A DNA stretch of 64,000 bases from an uncultured Ralstonia sp. (GTDB taxonomy: Bacteria; Pseudomonadota; Gammaproteobacteria; Burkholderiales; Burkholderiaceae), in contig CBJMVH010000021.1 of assembly GCA_966433195.1 (NCBI GenBank), positions 1,259 to 65,258 on the forward strand, written 5' to 3'. The position numbers and the translations under genes are program-made. Position 1 is the first letter of the stretch. The number at the start of each line of letters is the position of its first letter. Below the pieces are notes generated by a model, which did not search any database, was not told where the DNA came from, and worked only from the letters and a program-made list of their open reading frames with translations. Positions 29,159 through 37,755 of this stretch are shown here, piece by piece.

Positions 29159-29567
29159 GTGGACCAAGGAGGACGTGGCGGCCCGTTTCGAGGATGCGGC
29201 CAACACGGGACGGCGCCTGCCGCCGATCCGCGTGCAGGGCTACATCAACACGTGGCCGACCATCGTGCGCCGTGAGTGGGAGGCGTTCGCGGCGGATGAG
29301 AAGGTGTATCGACCGTTCCCGCCCAGCCCTCAGGCCATCGACAGGATGCTGGAGACGATGCGCTGGGTGCAGTGGCTAGAGGCCGAGCAACGCCACCTCG
29401 TGTGGATGCGGGCCAAGGGCTACGGCTGGCGCGAGATCACGCTGCGCTTTGCCTGCGACCGGACGACGGCGTGGCGGCGCTGGCAACGGGCACTGGCGAC
29501 GGTGGCAGGCAAGCTCAACGAGGGTGCTGTGTCTACCTCGCCCAAAATCCTGGGCAACGTAGGGTAA
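29151..29567 (+). CDS. DUF6362-like protein, probable late-gene regulator
   Basis: GTG start; C-terminal sigma-region-4-like HTH (GWREI...CDRTTAWRRW); position where Q/RinA-type regulators sit. Confidence 0.65.
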   Translation: MAEWTKEDVAARFEDAANTGRRLPPIRVQGYINTWPTIVRREWEAFAADEKVYRPFPPSPQAIDRMLETMRWVQWLEAEQRHLVWMRAKGYGWREITLRFACDRTTAWRRWQRALATVAGKLNEGAVSTSPKILGNVG

Positions 29568-29709
29568 TGCGTCCAGCAAGAGTCCCGGAATTTGGGATTT
29601 GTCCCTTTTGCGATGGCGGGGCGGTGCAACAAATCGGGCGATCTGGAGGTAGTATTCGATCTACCCTCCGGATAGCAGCGCACATCGCCGGTGCGGCCCC
29701 GAGCGAAAG

Positions 29710-29807
29710 GGGTCCTTCCTGCCCAAAGCGCAATACGGGAGGCGCGAGCGCAACGCTTCTTTAGCGACAGGGTGCGAACCGAGGTTCGCACGGTTCGCGG
29801 TTCGCAC
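29710..29807 (+). other. Putative cos packaging region (cosQ/cosN/cosB-like)
   Basis: GGGTCCT (lambda cosQ sequence) at 29710, TACG|GGAGGCGCG 28 nt later, then repeated GGTTCGC/GCGAACC motifs. Confidence 0.5.
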
Positions 29808-29836
29808 TCCCGGTCCGTTTCGCATTACCCCCATTC

Positions 29837-29872
29837 CACGCCCGCCCACGGCTTGACCGTCGGCGGGCGTTT
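29837..29872 (+). terminator. Terminator-like hairpin before the methyltransferases
   Basis: acgcccgcc...ggcgggcgt stem followed by T run. Confidence 0.55.
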
Positions 29873-29943
29873 TCATTTCCATGTGGCTCGCGCCGGGACA
29901 CGTTCCCCGCGAGCCGTTTCCATTTGGGAACCCGAAACAGAAC

Positions 29944-31347
29944 ATGCTCAACGTCGAGTACCGCAAGGTCACGGCGCTGATTCCCTACGCCCGCAATCCC
30001 CGGACCCACAGCGAGGAGCAGGTGGCCCGGATCGCCGCCAGCATCGTCGAGTACGGCTGGACCAACCCAATCCTGGTCGACGGCGAGAATGGCGTGATTG
30101 CGGGCCACGGGCGCTTGGCCGCCGCGCGCAAGCTTGGCATGGAGGTTGTGCCGGTGATCGAACTGGCCCACCTGTCGCCAACACAAAAGCGCGCGTTGAT
30201 CCTGGCAGACAACCGCATCGCACTTGATGCGGGCTGGGATGAGGAACTGCTGGCGCTGGAGTTTGCGGAACTGGTCGATGCCGGCTACGACCTGGCGCTG
30301 ACCGGGTTCGATGAGGCAGAGATCGACGCCCTGCTGGCTGAAGACGTGAGCGACGACGAGGATGCCGCCTGCTCAGAAGAAAGCGAGCCCGATGCAGCGG
30401 ACGACGTGCCTGCCGCATCGGCAGTGCCGGTGTCCCGTCCTGGCGACGTATGGGCGCTCGGTGGGCACCGCCTCATTTGCGGCGATGCCACCGATGCCAG
30501 CGTCATTGACGCCTTAATGGCTGGTCAGCAAGCCGACCTGTGCTTCACGTCGCCGCCCTACGCCAACCAGCGCAACTACACCACAGGCGGCATCGCCGAT
30601 TGGGACGTATTGATGCGCGGCGTGTTCGGCAATGTGCCGATGGCGGCCGACGGCCAGATTCTCGTCAATCTCGGGTTGGTCCACCGCGACAGCGAGGTCG
30701 TGCCGTATTGGGATGCATGGCTTGGCTGGATGCGCACGCAAGGTTGGCGGCGCTTCGGCTGGTACGTCTGGGACCAGGGGCCGGGCATGCCGGGCGACTG
30801 GCAAGGCCGTTTAGCGCCTTCCTTCGAATTCGTCTTCCACTTCAACCGGGAGGCCCGCCGACCGAACAAAACCGTGCCGTGCAAGTACGCCGGCCAGGAC
30901 GAACACTTGCGCGCTGACGGCACGTCGACCTCGATGCGCGGCAAGGACGGCGCCGTCGGGGGCTGGACGCACAAGGGGCGGGTGACGCAGGACACCCGGA
31001 TTCCTGACTCGGTGATCCGCGTGATGCGGCACAAGGGCAAGATCGGCCGCGACATCGACCACCCGGCTGTGTTCCCCGTTGCGCTGCCGGCATTCCTGAT
31101 CGAGGCGTACTCGGATGCCGGCGACATCGTGTTCGAGCCCTTCGGCGGCAGCGGCACCACCATGCTGGCCGCCCAGCGCACCGGTCGCCTGTGCCGCAGC
31201 GTCGAGATCGCGCCTGAATACGTCGACGTCGCCATCAAGCGTTTCGAGCAGAACTTCCCCGAGGTGCCGGTGACGCTGTGCTCGACCGGACAGACCTTCG
31301 CGGCTGTTGCGGCCGAACGCCTGGCGGGCGTGGAGGTGACGCAATGA
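29944..31347 (+). CDS. ParB-N domain + N4/N6 DNA methyltransferase (beta class)
   Basis: PYARNPRTHS...IAGHGR; TSPPY motif IV before EPFGGSGTT motif I; HPAVFP. Confidence 0.92.
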   Translation: MLNVEYRKVTALIPYARNPRTHSEEQVARIAASIVEYGWTNPILVDGENGVIAGHGRLAAARKLGMEVVPVIELAHLSPTQKRALILADNRIALDAGWDEELLALEFAELVDAGYDLALTGFDEAEIDALLAEDVSDDEDAACSEESEPDAADDVPAASAVPVSRPGDVWALGGHRLICGDATDASVIDALMAGQQADLCFTSPPYANQRNYTTGGIADWDVLMRGVFGNVPMAADGQILVNLGLVHRDSEVVPYWDAWLGWMRTQGWRRFGWYVWDQGPGMPGDWQGRLAPSFEFVFHFNREARRPNKTVPCKYAGQDEHLRADGTSTSMRGKDGAVGGWTHKGRVTQDTRIPDSVIRVMRHKGKIGRDIDHPAVFPVALPAFLIEAYSDAGDIVFEPFGGSGTTMLAAQRTGRLCRSVEIAPEYVDVAIKRFEQNFPEVPVTLCSTGQTFAAVAAERLAGVEVTQ

Positions 31348-32591
31348 CGGCGTCGTGGCTTGCGGGCAGGATCGAGCACTGGCCGATTCAGCGGCTGGTG
31401 CCCTACGCGGCAAACGCCCGGACGCATTCCGACGAACAGGTCGCGCAGATTGCCGCCAGCATGGTGGAGTTTGGATTCACGAACCCCATCCTGGCGGGCG
31501 CCGACGGCATCATTGTCGCCGGCCACGGGCGGCTCGCTGCTGCCACGAAGTTGGGGCTGGCGACGGTGCCGGTGGTCGTGCTCGACCACCTGAGCCCCAC
31601 GCAACGGCGCGCCCTGGTGATCGCGGACAATCGCATCGCCGAGAACGCCGGCTGGGACGAAGCGGTGCTGCGCGCCGAACTGGCAGCGCTCGATGCGGCG
31701 GACTTCGATCTGGCGCTGACAGGCTTCGATGCCGATGCACTGGCCGATCTGATGGCTGGTGACGAAGCCGATGGGGACGATCAGGGAAAGGATGACACGG
31801 AGCTGCCGGCGCCCGAGGTGCCGGTGTCCCGGCCGGGTGACGTATGGGTGTTGGGCGAGCACCGGCTGCTCTGCGGCGATGCCACCGTGGCCGAGAGCTA
31901 CGAGCGGCTGCTGCAGGGTGAGCTAGCGGACATGGTCTTCACGGACCCGCCGTACAACGTGAACTACGCCAACACGGCCAAGGACCGGCAGCGCGGTAGG
32001 AGCCGCGCCATCCTGAACGACAACCTGGGGGGCGGCTTCTACGATTTCCTGCTGGCGGCGCTCACGCCGATGGTTGCCAACTGCCGAGGGGCCCTCTACG
32101 TGGCGATGTCCTCCAGCGAACTGGACGTGCTGCAGGCAGCGTTCCGCGAGGCCGGCGGCCACTGGTCCACGTTCATCATCTGGGCCAAGAACACCTTCAC
32201 GCTGGGACGCGCGGACTACCAGCGGCAATACGAGCCGATCCTGTACGGCTGGCCCGAGGGTGCGCAGCGTCACTGGTGCGGTGCTCGCGACCAGGGGGAC
32301 GTTTGGCAGATCAAGAAGCCGGCCCGGAACGACCTGCACCCGACAATGAAGCCGGTGGAATTGGTCGAGCGTGCCATTCGCAATTCGAGCCGTCCTGGTG
32401 ACGTGGTGCTCGATGCGTTCGGTGGTTCGGGGACGACACTGATTGCGGCGCAGAAGACGGGACGTGTGGCGCGGCTGATCGAACTCGATCCCAAGTATGT
32501 CGACGTCATCGTGCGTCGCTGGCAGGAATGGACGGGCGAGCGGGCTACGCGTGAGAGTGACGGTGCCGGTTTCGTTTCAACCGCAACGTGA
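31344..32591 (+). CDS. Second ParB-N domain + DNA methyltransferase (beta class)
   Basis: PYAANARTHS...AGHGR; TDPPY; HPTMKP; DAFGGSGTT. Confidence 0.92.
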   Translation: MTASWLAGRIEHWPIQRLVPYAANARTHSDEQVAQIAASMVEFGFTNPILAGADGIIVAGHGRLAAATKLGLATVPVVVLDHLSPTQRRALVIADNRIAENAGWDEAVLRAELAALDAADFDLALTGFDADALADLMAGDEADGDDQGKDDTELPAPEVPVSRPGDVWVLGEHRLLCGDATVAESYERLLQGELADMVFTDPPYNVNYANTAKDRQRGRSRAILNDNLGGGFYDFLLAALTPMVANCRGALYVAMSSSELDVLQAAFREAGGHWSTFIIWAKNTFTLGRADYQRQYEPILYGWPEGAQRHWCGARDQGDVWQIKKPARNDLHPTMKPVELVERAIRNSSRPGDVVLDAFGGSGTTLIAAQKTGRVARLIELDPKYVDVIVRRWQEWTGERATRESDGAGFVSTAT

Positions 32592-32670
32592 CAGCCAATG
32601 AGGGGGACATATTGGCCGCATAATGAGCGGTCGCGTTCGACCCGAGTCCTGCCTTTCTTGGAGCCACGAT

Positions 32671-33363
32671 ATGTCGGCACGCATCTTTCGCTACGTTGTC
32701 CGGGTGGATTGCGGCTCTGCTCCACGCCCATATGGGGGCTTCTGCACGCTCGCTATCTGTAAGCCGAAGATTCGAAAAGCAGCGGCCATCGGAGACTGGA
32801 TCGTCGGTTTTCGCAGCCACGCATCGGATCAGGTCGTGTATGCAATGCAAGTGGCTGAGAAGCTGTCCTTTCAGCAGTACTGGACCGATGCACGGTTTCA
32901 GGATCGTCGGCCCCTCGCTTCTCCTGTACCAGACAACATTTACTGTCAGCGGGAGAGTGGCGAATTTCAGCAAGTGCCCAATCCCGTTCACGACGAGGGG
33001 AATATCGCCGGTGATTTGAGCGGGTACAACGTTCTGATAGGAACACGCTTCTGGTATTTCGGCGCCGCAAGCGTAGCGTTACCCACGGAACTGATTCATC
33101 TAGTGCCTTACCCGAGAGGGCACACGGTTTATAAGAATCGGCGAGCCGATGACATCGTACAAATGCAGCGCTGGCTTGCCGCATGGCCATGCGGCGTTTA
33201 TGGCGAACCACGGGACGCGTGGCCGGAGACATTGACTTGGCTCGCGGGTGGGATGCCTGATCGATCAGCGCCGGTGTCGAAAACAGCTTCAGGACGTTGC
33301 AGCCGTAGCAGCGAGCGCTCGTTTAACGGCTGCGGGACGCAAGGGCCAAGCCGGGCTTGCTAG
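32671..33363 (+). CDS. Nmad2-like (nucleotide modification associated domain 2) protein
   Basis: YVVRVDCGSAPRPYGGFCTLAICKPKIRKAAAIGDWIVG...DNIY...FWYFG matches the Nmad2 pattern as I recall it; lower GC. Confidence 0.75.
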   Translation: MSARIFRYVVRVDCGSAPRPYGGFCTLAICKPKIRKAAAIGDWIVGFRSHASDQVVYAMQVAEKLSFQQYWTDARFQDRRPLASPVPDNIYCQRESGEFQQVPNPVHDEGNIAGDLSGYNVLIGTRFWYFGAASVALPTELIHLVPYPRGHTVYKNRRADDIVQMQRWLAAWPCGVYGEPRDAWPETLTWLAGGMPDRSAPVSKTASGRCSRSSERSFNGCGTQGPSRAC

Positions 33364-33415
33364 CTTAGCGGGAGATGGAATCCCATCTCCCGCATGGCTT
33401 TCCGTGCCGTTGCAG

Positions 33416-33784
33416 TCAAGCAGTCAGGCACGCCTCTTCAATCTCGCAGGCCGCTACGAACCCGGTCAGGTGAGGCAGGCCGCGTGGAATGCCGTAGGTA
33501 TGACTGGTCCGGCTTCCGATCCTGCGCGCCATCCACCGGCTGGTGATGGCATCGATGGCGGCGCTAAGCGTCTGGTTGACGAGCAGGGCGTCCAGCACCT
33601 CGTCGGCAAAGTGGCGTCCGAACGCGCTGTCCAGAAAAAGCCGCACCGATTCGAGCGACGCGCCGGTAGCGTTCGACACCGCAGTCATCGCCAACGGCCA
33701 GGCTTCGGCGGCGTGCTCGCGCATGGTGTCGTGGAAGCCCCACCTCTCGTTTCGGGTGGCGGGAATCGGGTGCGTGGTGTTCAT
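33416..33784 (-). CDS. Small hypothetical phage protein
   Basis: WGFHDTM...FLDSAFGRHFADEV...GLPHLTGFV; RBS GGAG. Confidence 0.75.
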   Translation of the reverse strand: MNTTHPIPATRNERWGFHDTMREHAAEAWPLAMTAVSNATGASLESVRLFLDSAFGRHFADEVLDALLVNQTLSAAIDAITSRWMARRIGSRTSHTYGIPRGLPHLTGFVAACEIEEACLTA

Positions 33785-33823
33785 GGTGTGCTCCGCATCA
33801 AGCGTCGTTGTGATGGCACCAGT

Positions 33824-33851
33824 AACGCGCTGTTCAAGCGGGAAGCCAAGC
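33824..33851 (-). promoter_or_regulatory. Repeated upstream motif copy 1 (AACGCGCTGTTC-N7-AAGCCAAGC on + strand)
   Basis: 40 bp upstream of the 33784 start. Confidence 0.75.
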
Positions 33852-33882
33852 TATGACGGGCTTCCCTGCCTGGCCGTCGGGA

Positions 33883-34233
33883 TCAGTCGGCGCGCGCCAC
33901 GTACCGGGCGTAATCGCCGCCCTCCGGATTGACATACAGGGTGGGGCGACCGGGTGCCATGACCTCGATGCAGAGGTAGCCGTTGCGCGTACCGCCGCCC
34001 TTGCCGCGCAGCCAGTCGCGGGACATCAGCAGGCTGCGTGTAAAGGCATCGAATTCTGCAGCGGTGAGTGGCTTGGTCTCGGTAACGTAGACCGTGGCGT
34101 ATTCCTTGCCGTGCACCTCGCTCAGATCGGCAGGCTTGCGGGCAAAGGGCAGGCGGCGGGCGAGTTCTTCGACCTGGATCGCGGTGTTGCCGATCAGCAG
34201 GGTGCGGGACGTGCGGTCGAGGGTGGTGCTCAT
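33883..34233 (-). CDS. Small hypothetical phage protein
   Basis: MSTTLDRT...LPFARKP...LYVNPEGGDYARYVAR; RBS GGAG. Confidence 0.75.
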   Translation of the reverse strand: MSTTLDRTSRTLLIGNTAIQVEELARRLPFARKPADLSEVHGKEYATVYVTETKPLTAAEFDAFTRSLLMSRDWLRGKGGGTRNGYLCIEVMAPGRPTLYVNPEGGDYARYVARAD

Positions 34234-34278
34234 GGCGTTCTCCTTGGGATTGGCGTCGTCAATCATGACGAGGACATG

Positions 34279-34306
34279 AACGCGCTGTTCCGGGTACAAG
34301 CCAAGC
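34279..34306 (-). promoter_or_regulatory. Repeated upstream motif copy 2
   Basis: Same 12+9 conserved bases, 46 bp upstream of the 34233 start. Confidence 0.75.
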
Positions 34307-34361
34307 GGTGTTTCCATCTTCATGTGGGGCCGCCGCCATCGGAGTCGGCCCCGTGCGCGCG

Positions 34362-34877
34362 TCATGCGATCCGGTAGACACGCTCGCCGTCGGCTGTCTT
34401 CTCGGACGTGATGGTCAATCCGAGTTTCTTCTTCAGCGCCCCGGCAAACATGCCGCGCACCGTGTGAGCCTGCCAGTCGGTCTCCTGGCAGATCTGGTTC
34501 ACCGTTGCCCCCTCGGGACGGCGCAGCATCTCGATCACCTTGGCTTGCTTGCTGTTCTCGCGGGTGCGAGGGCGCTTGTCGCCGCTTTGCTGCACCCATG
34601 TCGGTTCCGCGGCGGTCACGGCGGCTTCGACGGCGGGGTCTTCTGCTAGCGGGACGGGCACCGGGCGCGGGCGCCCCAAGGCTTCGTAGCCTTCGCCGGA
34701 TACAAACGAGTCGTCTCCCCGCAAGGTGATCAGCGCGCGTTTTGCGAGGCCGTCGAGCACCTTCTTGCGCGCGCCGCCTTTGATGTTGTCGGGGAACCAG
34801 TCGATCTTCCCGCCGGTGCGCTCGATGGCGTGGGCGAGGATCGCGTGTTGTGCCGGGGTCAGTTGCTGCTTGGTCAT
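34362..34877 (-). CDS. DUF3489-like protein
   Basis: SKQAKVIEMLRRPEGAT...WQAHTVRG...LKKKLGL..TSEK...RVYRI; RBS GGAG. Confidence 0.85.
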   Translation of the reverse strand: MTKQQLTPAQHAILAHAIERTGGKIDWFPDNIKGGARKKVLDGLAKRALITLRGDDSFVSGEGYEALGRPRPVPVPLAEDPAVEAAVTAAEPTWVQQSGDKRPRTRENSKQAKVIEMLRRPEGATVNQICQETDWQAHTVRGMFAGALKKKLGLTITSEKTADGERVYRIA

Positions 34878-34915
34878 GGGTTGCTCCTTCGAGGTGGTTT
34901 GAACGTGGCGTGATG

Positions 34916-34943
34916 AACGCGCTGTTCCGCATGGAAGCCAAGC
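34916..34943 (-). promoter_or_regulatory. Repeated upstream motif copy 3
   Basis: Same motif, 39 bp upstream of the 34877 start. Confidence 0.75.
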
Positions 34944-34994
34944 CGATTCCGACGGCACGGCAACCAAGGGTGGAAAGGGACCAACAGCTTCCAA

Positions 34995-35531
34995 ATGGGA
35001 ATTTCGATTCGCGCCTATGCGCGCCACCGGGGCGTGTCCGACGCCGCCGTGCGCAAGGCGATTGCCGCCGGACGCATCACACCGGAGTCGGACGGCACGC
35101 TTGATCCGGATCGCGTTGATAGTGAATGGGCGCGCAACACCGAAGCGCCGCGCAACGGTACGCGCACCAAACCAGTCAGGGTGGCAGTGCCACAGGAAAG
35201 CGGCCAGTCCCCGGATGGCCCGGCACCGTTGCCCGCGGGCGGCACGTCGTTGCTGCAGGCCCGCACCGTCAACGAGGTCGTCAAGGCACAGACCAACAAG
35301 GTGCGCCTGGCCCGGCTCAAGGGCGAACTGGTGGACCGCTCGCAAGCCATCGCGCACGTCTTCAAGCTGGCACGTGCCGAGCGCGACGCTTGGCTGAACT
35401 GGCCGGCGCGGGTGTCCGCGCAGATGGCCGCGTCTCTGGGCGTCGACCCTCACGCCGTCCATGTCGCACTGGAGTCGGCCGTGCGTGAACACCTACAGGA
35501 GTTGGGCGAACTGCGCCCACGCGTGGATTGA
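34995..35531 (+). CDS. Terminase small subunit (Nu1-like)
   Basis: N-terminal HTH SIRAYARHRGVSDAAVRKAI; directly precedes the large subunit. Confidence 0.75.
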   Translation: MGISIRAYARHRGVSDAAVRKAIAAGRITPESDGTLDPDRVDSEWARNTEAPRNGTRTKPVRVAVPQESGQSPDGPAPLPAGGTSLLQARTVNEVVKAQTNKVRLARLKGELVDRSQAIAHVFKLARAERDAWLNWPARVSAQMAASLGVDPHAVHVALESAVREHLQELGELRPRVD

Positions 35532-37501
35532 TGCGGGTCGCGGATTACGAGGGCGCCGCCGAGATCGAGCGCGCCTGGGGTGAGGGACTCACGCCCGATC
35601 CGCTCTTGACCGTCTCCGAATGGTCGGACCGCCACCGCGTGCTCTCCAGCAAGGCGTCGGCCGAGCCGGGGCGTTGGCGCACCAGCCGCACGCCGTACCT
35701 CAAGGCGATCATGGATTGCCTGTCGCCGACCTCGCCCATCGAGCGGGTGGTCTTCATGAAGGCCGCGCAGCTGGGCGCGACCGAGATGGGCTCGAACTGG
35801 ATCGGCTACGTGATCCACCACGCCCCGGGCCCCATGATGGCCGTGTGGCCAACCGTGGAGATGGCCAAGCGTAACTCCAAACAGCGGATCGATCCGCTGA
35901 TCGAGGAGTCACCGGTGCTGGCCGAGCGGATCGCCCCGGCGCGCTCGCGCGATTCGGGCAACACCATCCTCGCCAAGGAGTTCCGGGGCGGCGTGCTGGT
36001 CATGACCGGTGCCAACAGCGCCGTGGGCCTGCGCTCGATGCCGGTGCGATACCTGTTTCTCGACGAGGTGGACGGCTACCCGCTCGACGTGGAGGGGGAG
36101 GGCGACGCAATCTCGCTCGCTGAAGCGCGCACGCGCACCTTTGCGCGCCGCAAGATTTTCATTGTGTCGACGCCGACCATCTCCGGTGCCAGCAGCATTG
36201 AACGCGAATATGACGCTTCCGACCAGCGCCGCTACTTCGTGCCGTGCCCGCACTGCGCGCATCACCAGTGGCTGCGCTTCGAGCAATTGCGGTGGGAGAA
36301 AGGTCAGCCGGAGACGGCGGCCTACATCTGCGAAGCCTGCGACGAGCCGATCCTGGAGCACCACAAGACGTGGATGCTGGAGCACGGCGAATGGCGGGCG
36401 ATGACGCAAGCTGGTGGCCGCACGGCCGGCTTTCATCTGTCGTCACTGTACAGCCCTGTGGGCTGGCGTAGCTGGCGCGACATCGCCGCTGCCTGGGAGA
36501 ACGCGGTGAGCAAGGAGTCCGGTTCGGCGGCGGCAATCAAGACCTTCCGCAACACCGAACTTGGCGAAACCTGGGTCGAGGAGGGCGAGGCGCCCGACTG
36601 GCAACGCCTGCTGGAGCGCCGCGAGGACTATCCCATCGGCACCGTGCCGGCTGGCGGGCTGCTGCTGACGGCCGGAGCCGATGTGCAGAAGGATCGCATC
36701 GAGGTCTCGGTCTGGGCGTTTGGGCGCGGCAAGGAGGCGTGGCTGGTGGAGCACCGCGTGCTGATGGGGGATACCGCTCGTGACGCTGTGTGGAAACGCC
36801 TGGCCGAACTGGTCGACGAGCAGTGGACGCATGCCGGCGGCGCGTCGATGCCGCTGGCGCGCCTCGCGCTCGATACCGGCTTCGCCACCCAGGAAGCCTA
36901 CGCTTTCGTGCGCGCCTGCGGCGACGCGCGCGTGATGGCGGTCAAGGGCGTCGCACGCGGCGCCGCCCTGATCGGCACGCCGACGGCGGTGGACGTCTCG
37001 CGCAACGGCCGCAAATTGCGCCGGGGCATCAAGGTGTACTCGGTGGCGGTCGGCATCGCCAAGCTGGAGTTCTACAACAACCTGCGTAAGTCGGCAGACG
37101 TGACCGAAGACGGCCTGACCGTCGTGTTCCCTTCGGGCTTCGTACACCTGCCCAGGATCGATGCGGAGTTCCTACAGCAGCTGTGTGCGGAGCAACTAAT
37201 CACCCGCCGCGACCGCAACGGCTTTCCAATCCGCGAGTGGCAAAAGATGCGCGAGCGCAATGAGGCGCTCGACTGCTACGTGTACGCCCGGGCCGCCGCC
37301 AGCGCGGCCGGCCTGGACCGCTTCGAGGAGCGCCACTGGCGCGAACTGGAGCGACAACTCGGGCTGGCGCCGCCACCGGATACGCCACCCGCAACTGAAT
37401 CGCTGTCCCTCACAGATGCCACCGCTCGCGGTGGCATCGCCGTTTCTGCGGGCCGTAAAACCAGCCGGCGCGTGATCAAGAGCCGCTGGCTGTCGTCGTG
37501 A
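35531..37501 (+). CDS. Terminase large subunit (lambda GpA family)
   Basis: RTPYL, KAAQLGATE, LFLDEVD, STPT, DVQKDRIE, NEALDC. Confidence 0.95.
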   Translation: MRVADYEGAAEIERAWGEGLTPDPLLTVSEWSDRHRVLSSKASAEPGRWRTSRTPYLKAIMDCLSPTSPIERVVFMKAAQLGATEMGSNWIGYVIHHAPGPMMAVWPTVEMAKRNSKQRIDPLIEESPVLAERIAPARSRDSGNTILAKEFRGGVLVMTGANSAVGLRSMPVRYLFLDEVDGYPLDVEGEGDAISLAEARTRTFARRKIFIVSTPTISGASSIEREYDASDQRRYFVPCPHCAHHQWLRFEQLRWEKGQPETAAYICEACDEPILEHHKTWMLEHGEWRAMTQAGGRTAGFHLSSLYSPVGWRSWRDIAAAWENAVSKESGSAAAIKTFRNTELGETWVEEGEAPDWQRLLERREDYPIGTVPAGGLLLTAGADVQKDRIEVSVWAFGRGKEAWLVEHRVLMGDTARDAVWKRLAELVDEQWTHAGGASMPLARLALDTGFATQEAYAFVRACGDARVMAVKGVARGAALIGTPTAVDVSRNGRKLRRGIKVYSVAVGIAKLEFYNNLRKSADVTEDGLTVVFPSGFVHLPRIDAEFLQQLCAEQLITRRDRNGFPIREWQKMRERNEALDCYVYARAAASAAGLDRFEERHWRELERQLGLAPPPDTPPATESLSLTDATARGGIAVSAGRKTSRRVIKSRWLSS

Positions 37502-37533
37502 GCGCCCTGGTGCTCTTCTCTTTGATTCCACTG

Positions 37534-37755
37534 ATGGCATACACCGAAGCGCAATTGCTGGCGCTGGAGAACGCACTCGCCAAGGGCGAGCACCGCGTCA
37601 CCTTCCAGGACAAGACCGTCGAGTACCGTTCGGTCGATGAGATCAAGGCCGCAATCCGCGAGATCAAGCGCGGCCTATCAGCGCAGTCTGCTGCCACGGG
37701 CCAGGGGCCGGGCGCACCACGCCAGATCCGCGTGACGACCTCCAAAGGGTTCTGA
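37534..37755 (+). CDS. gpW-like head-tail joining protein
   Basis: AYTEAQL..LENALAKGEHRV...VEYRS between terminase and portal. Confidence 0.8.
   Translation: MAYTEAQLLALENALAKGEHRVTFQDKTVEYRSVDEIKAAIREIKRGLSAQSAATGQGPGAPRQIRVTTSKGF

Noticed and set aside
33824-34943. Three spaced repeats as a possible CRISPR or mini-array
   Set aside because: Spacing is 450-640 bp with whole genes between copies, and no cas operon is present. The Cas4-like gene at 25049 fits a phage exonuclease.
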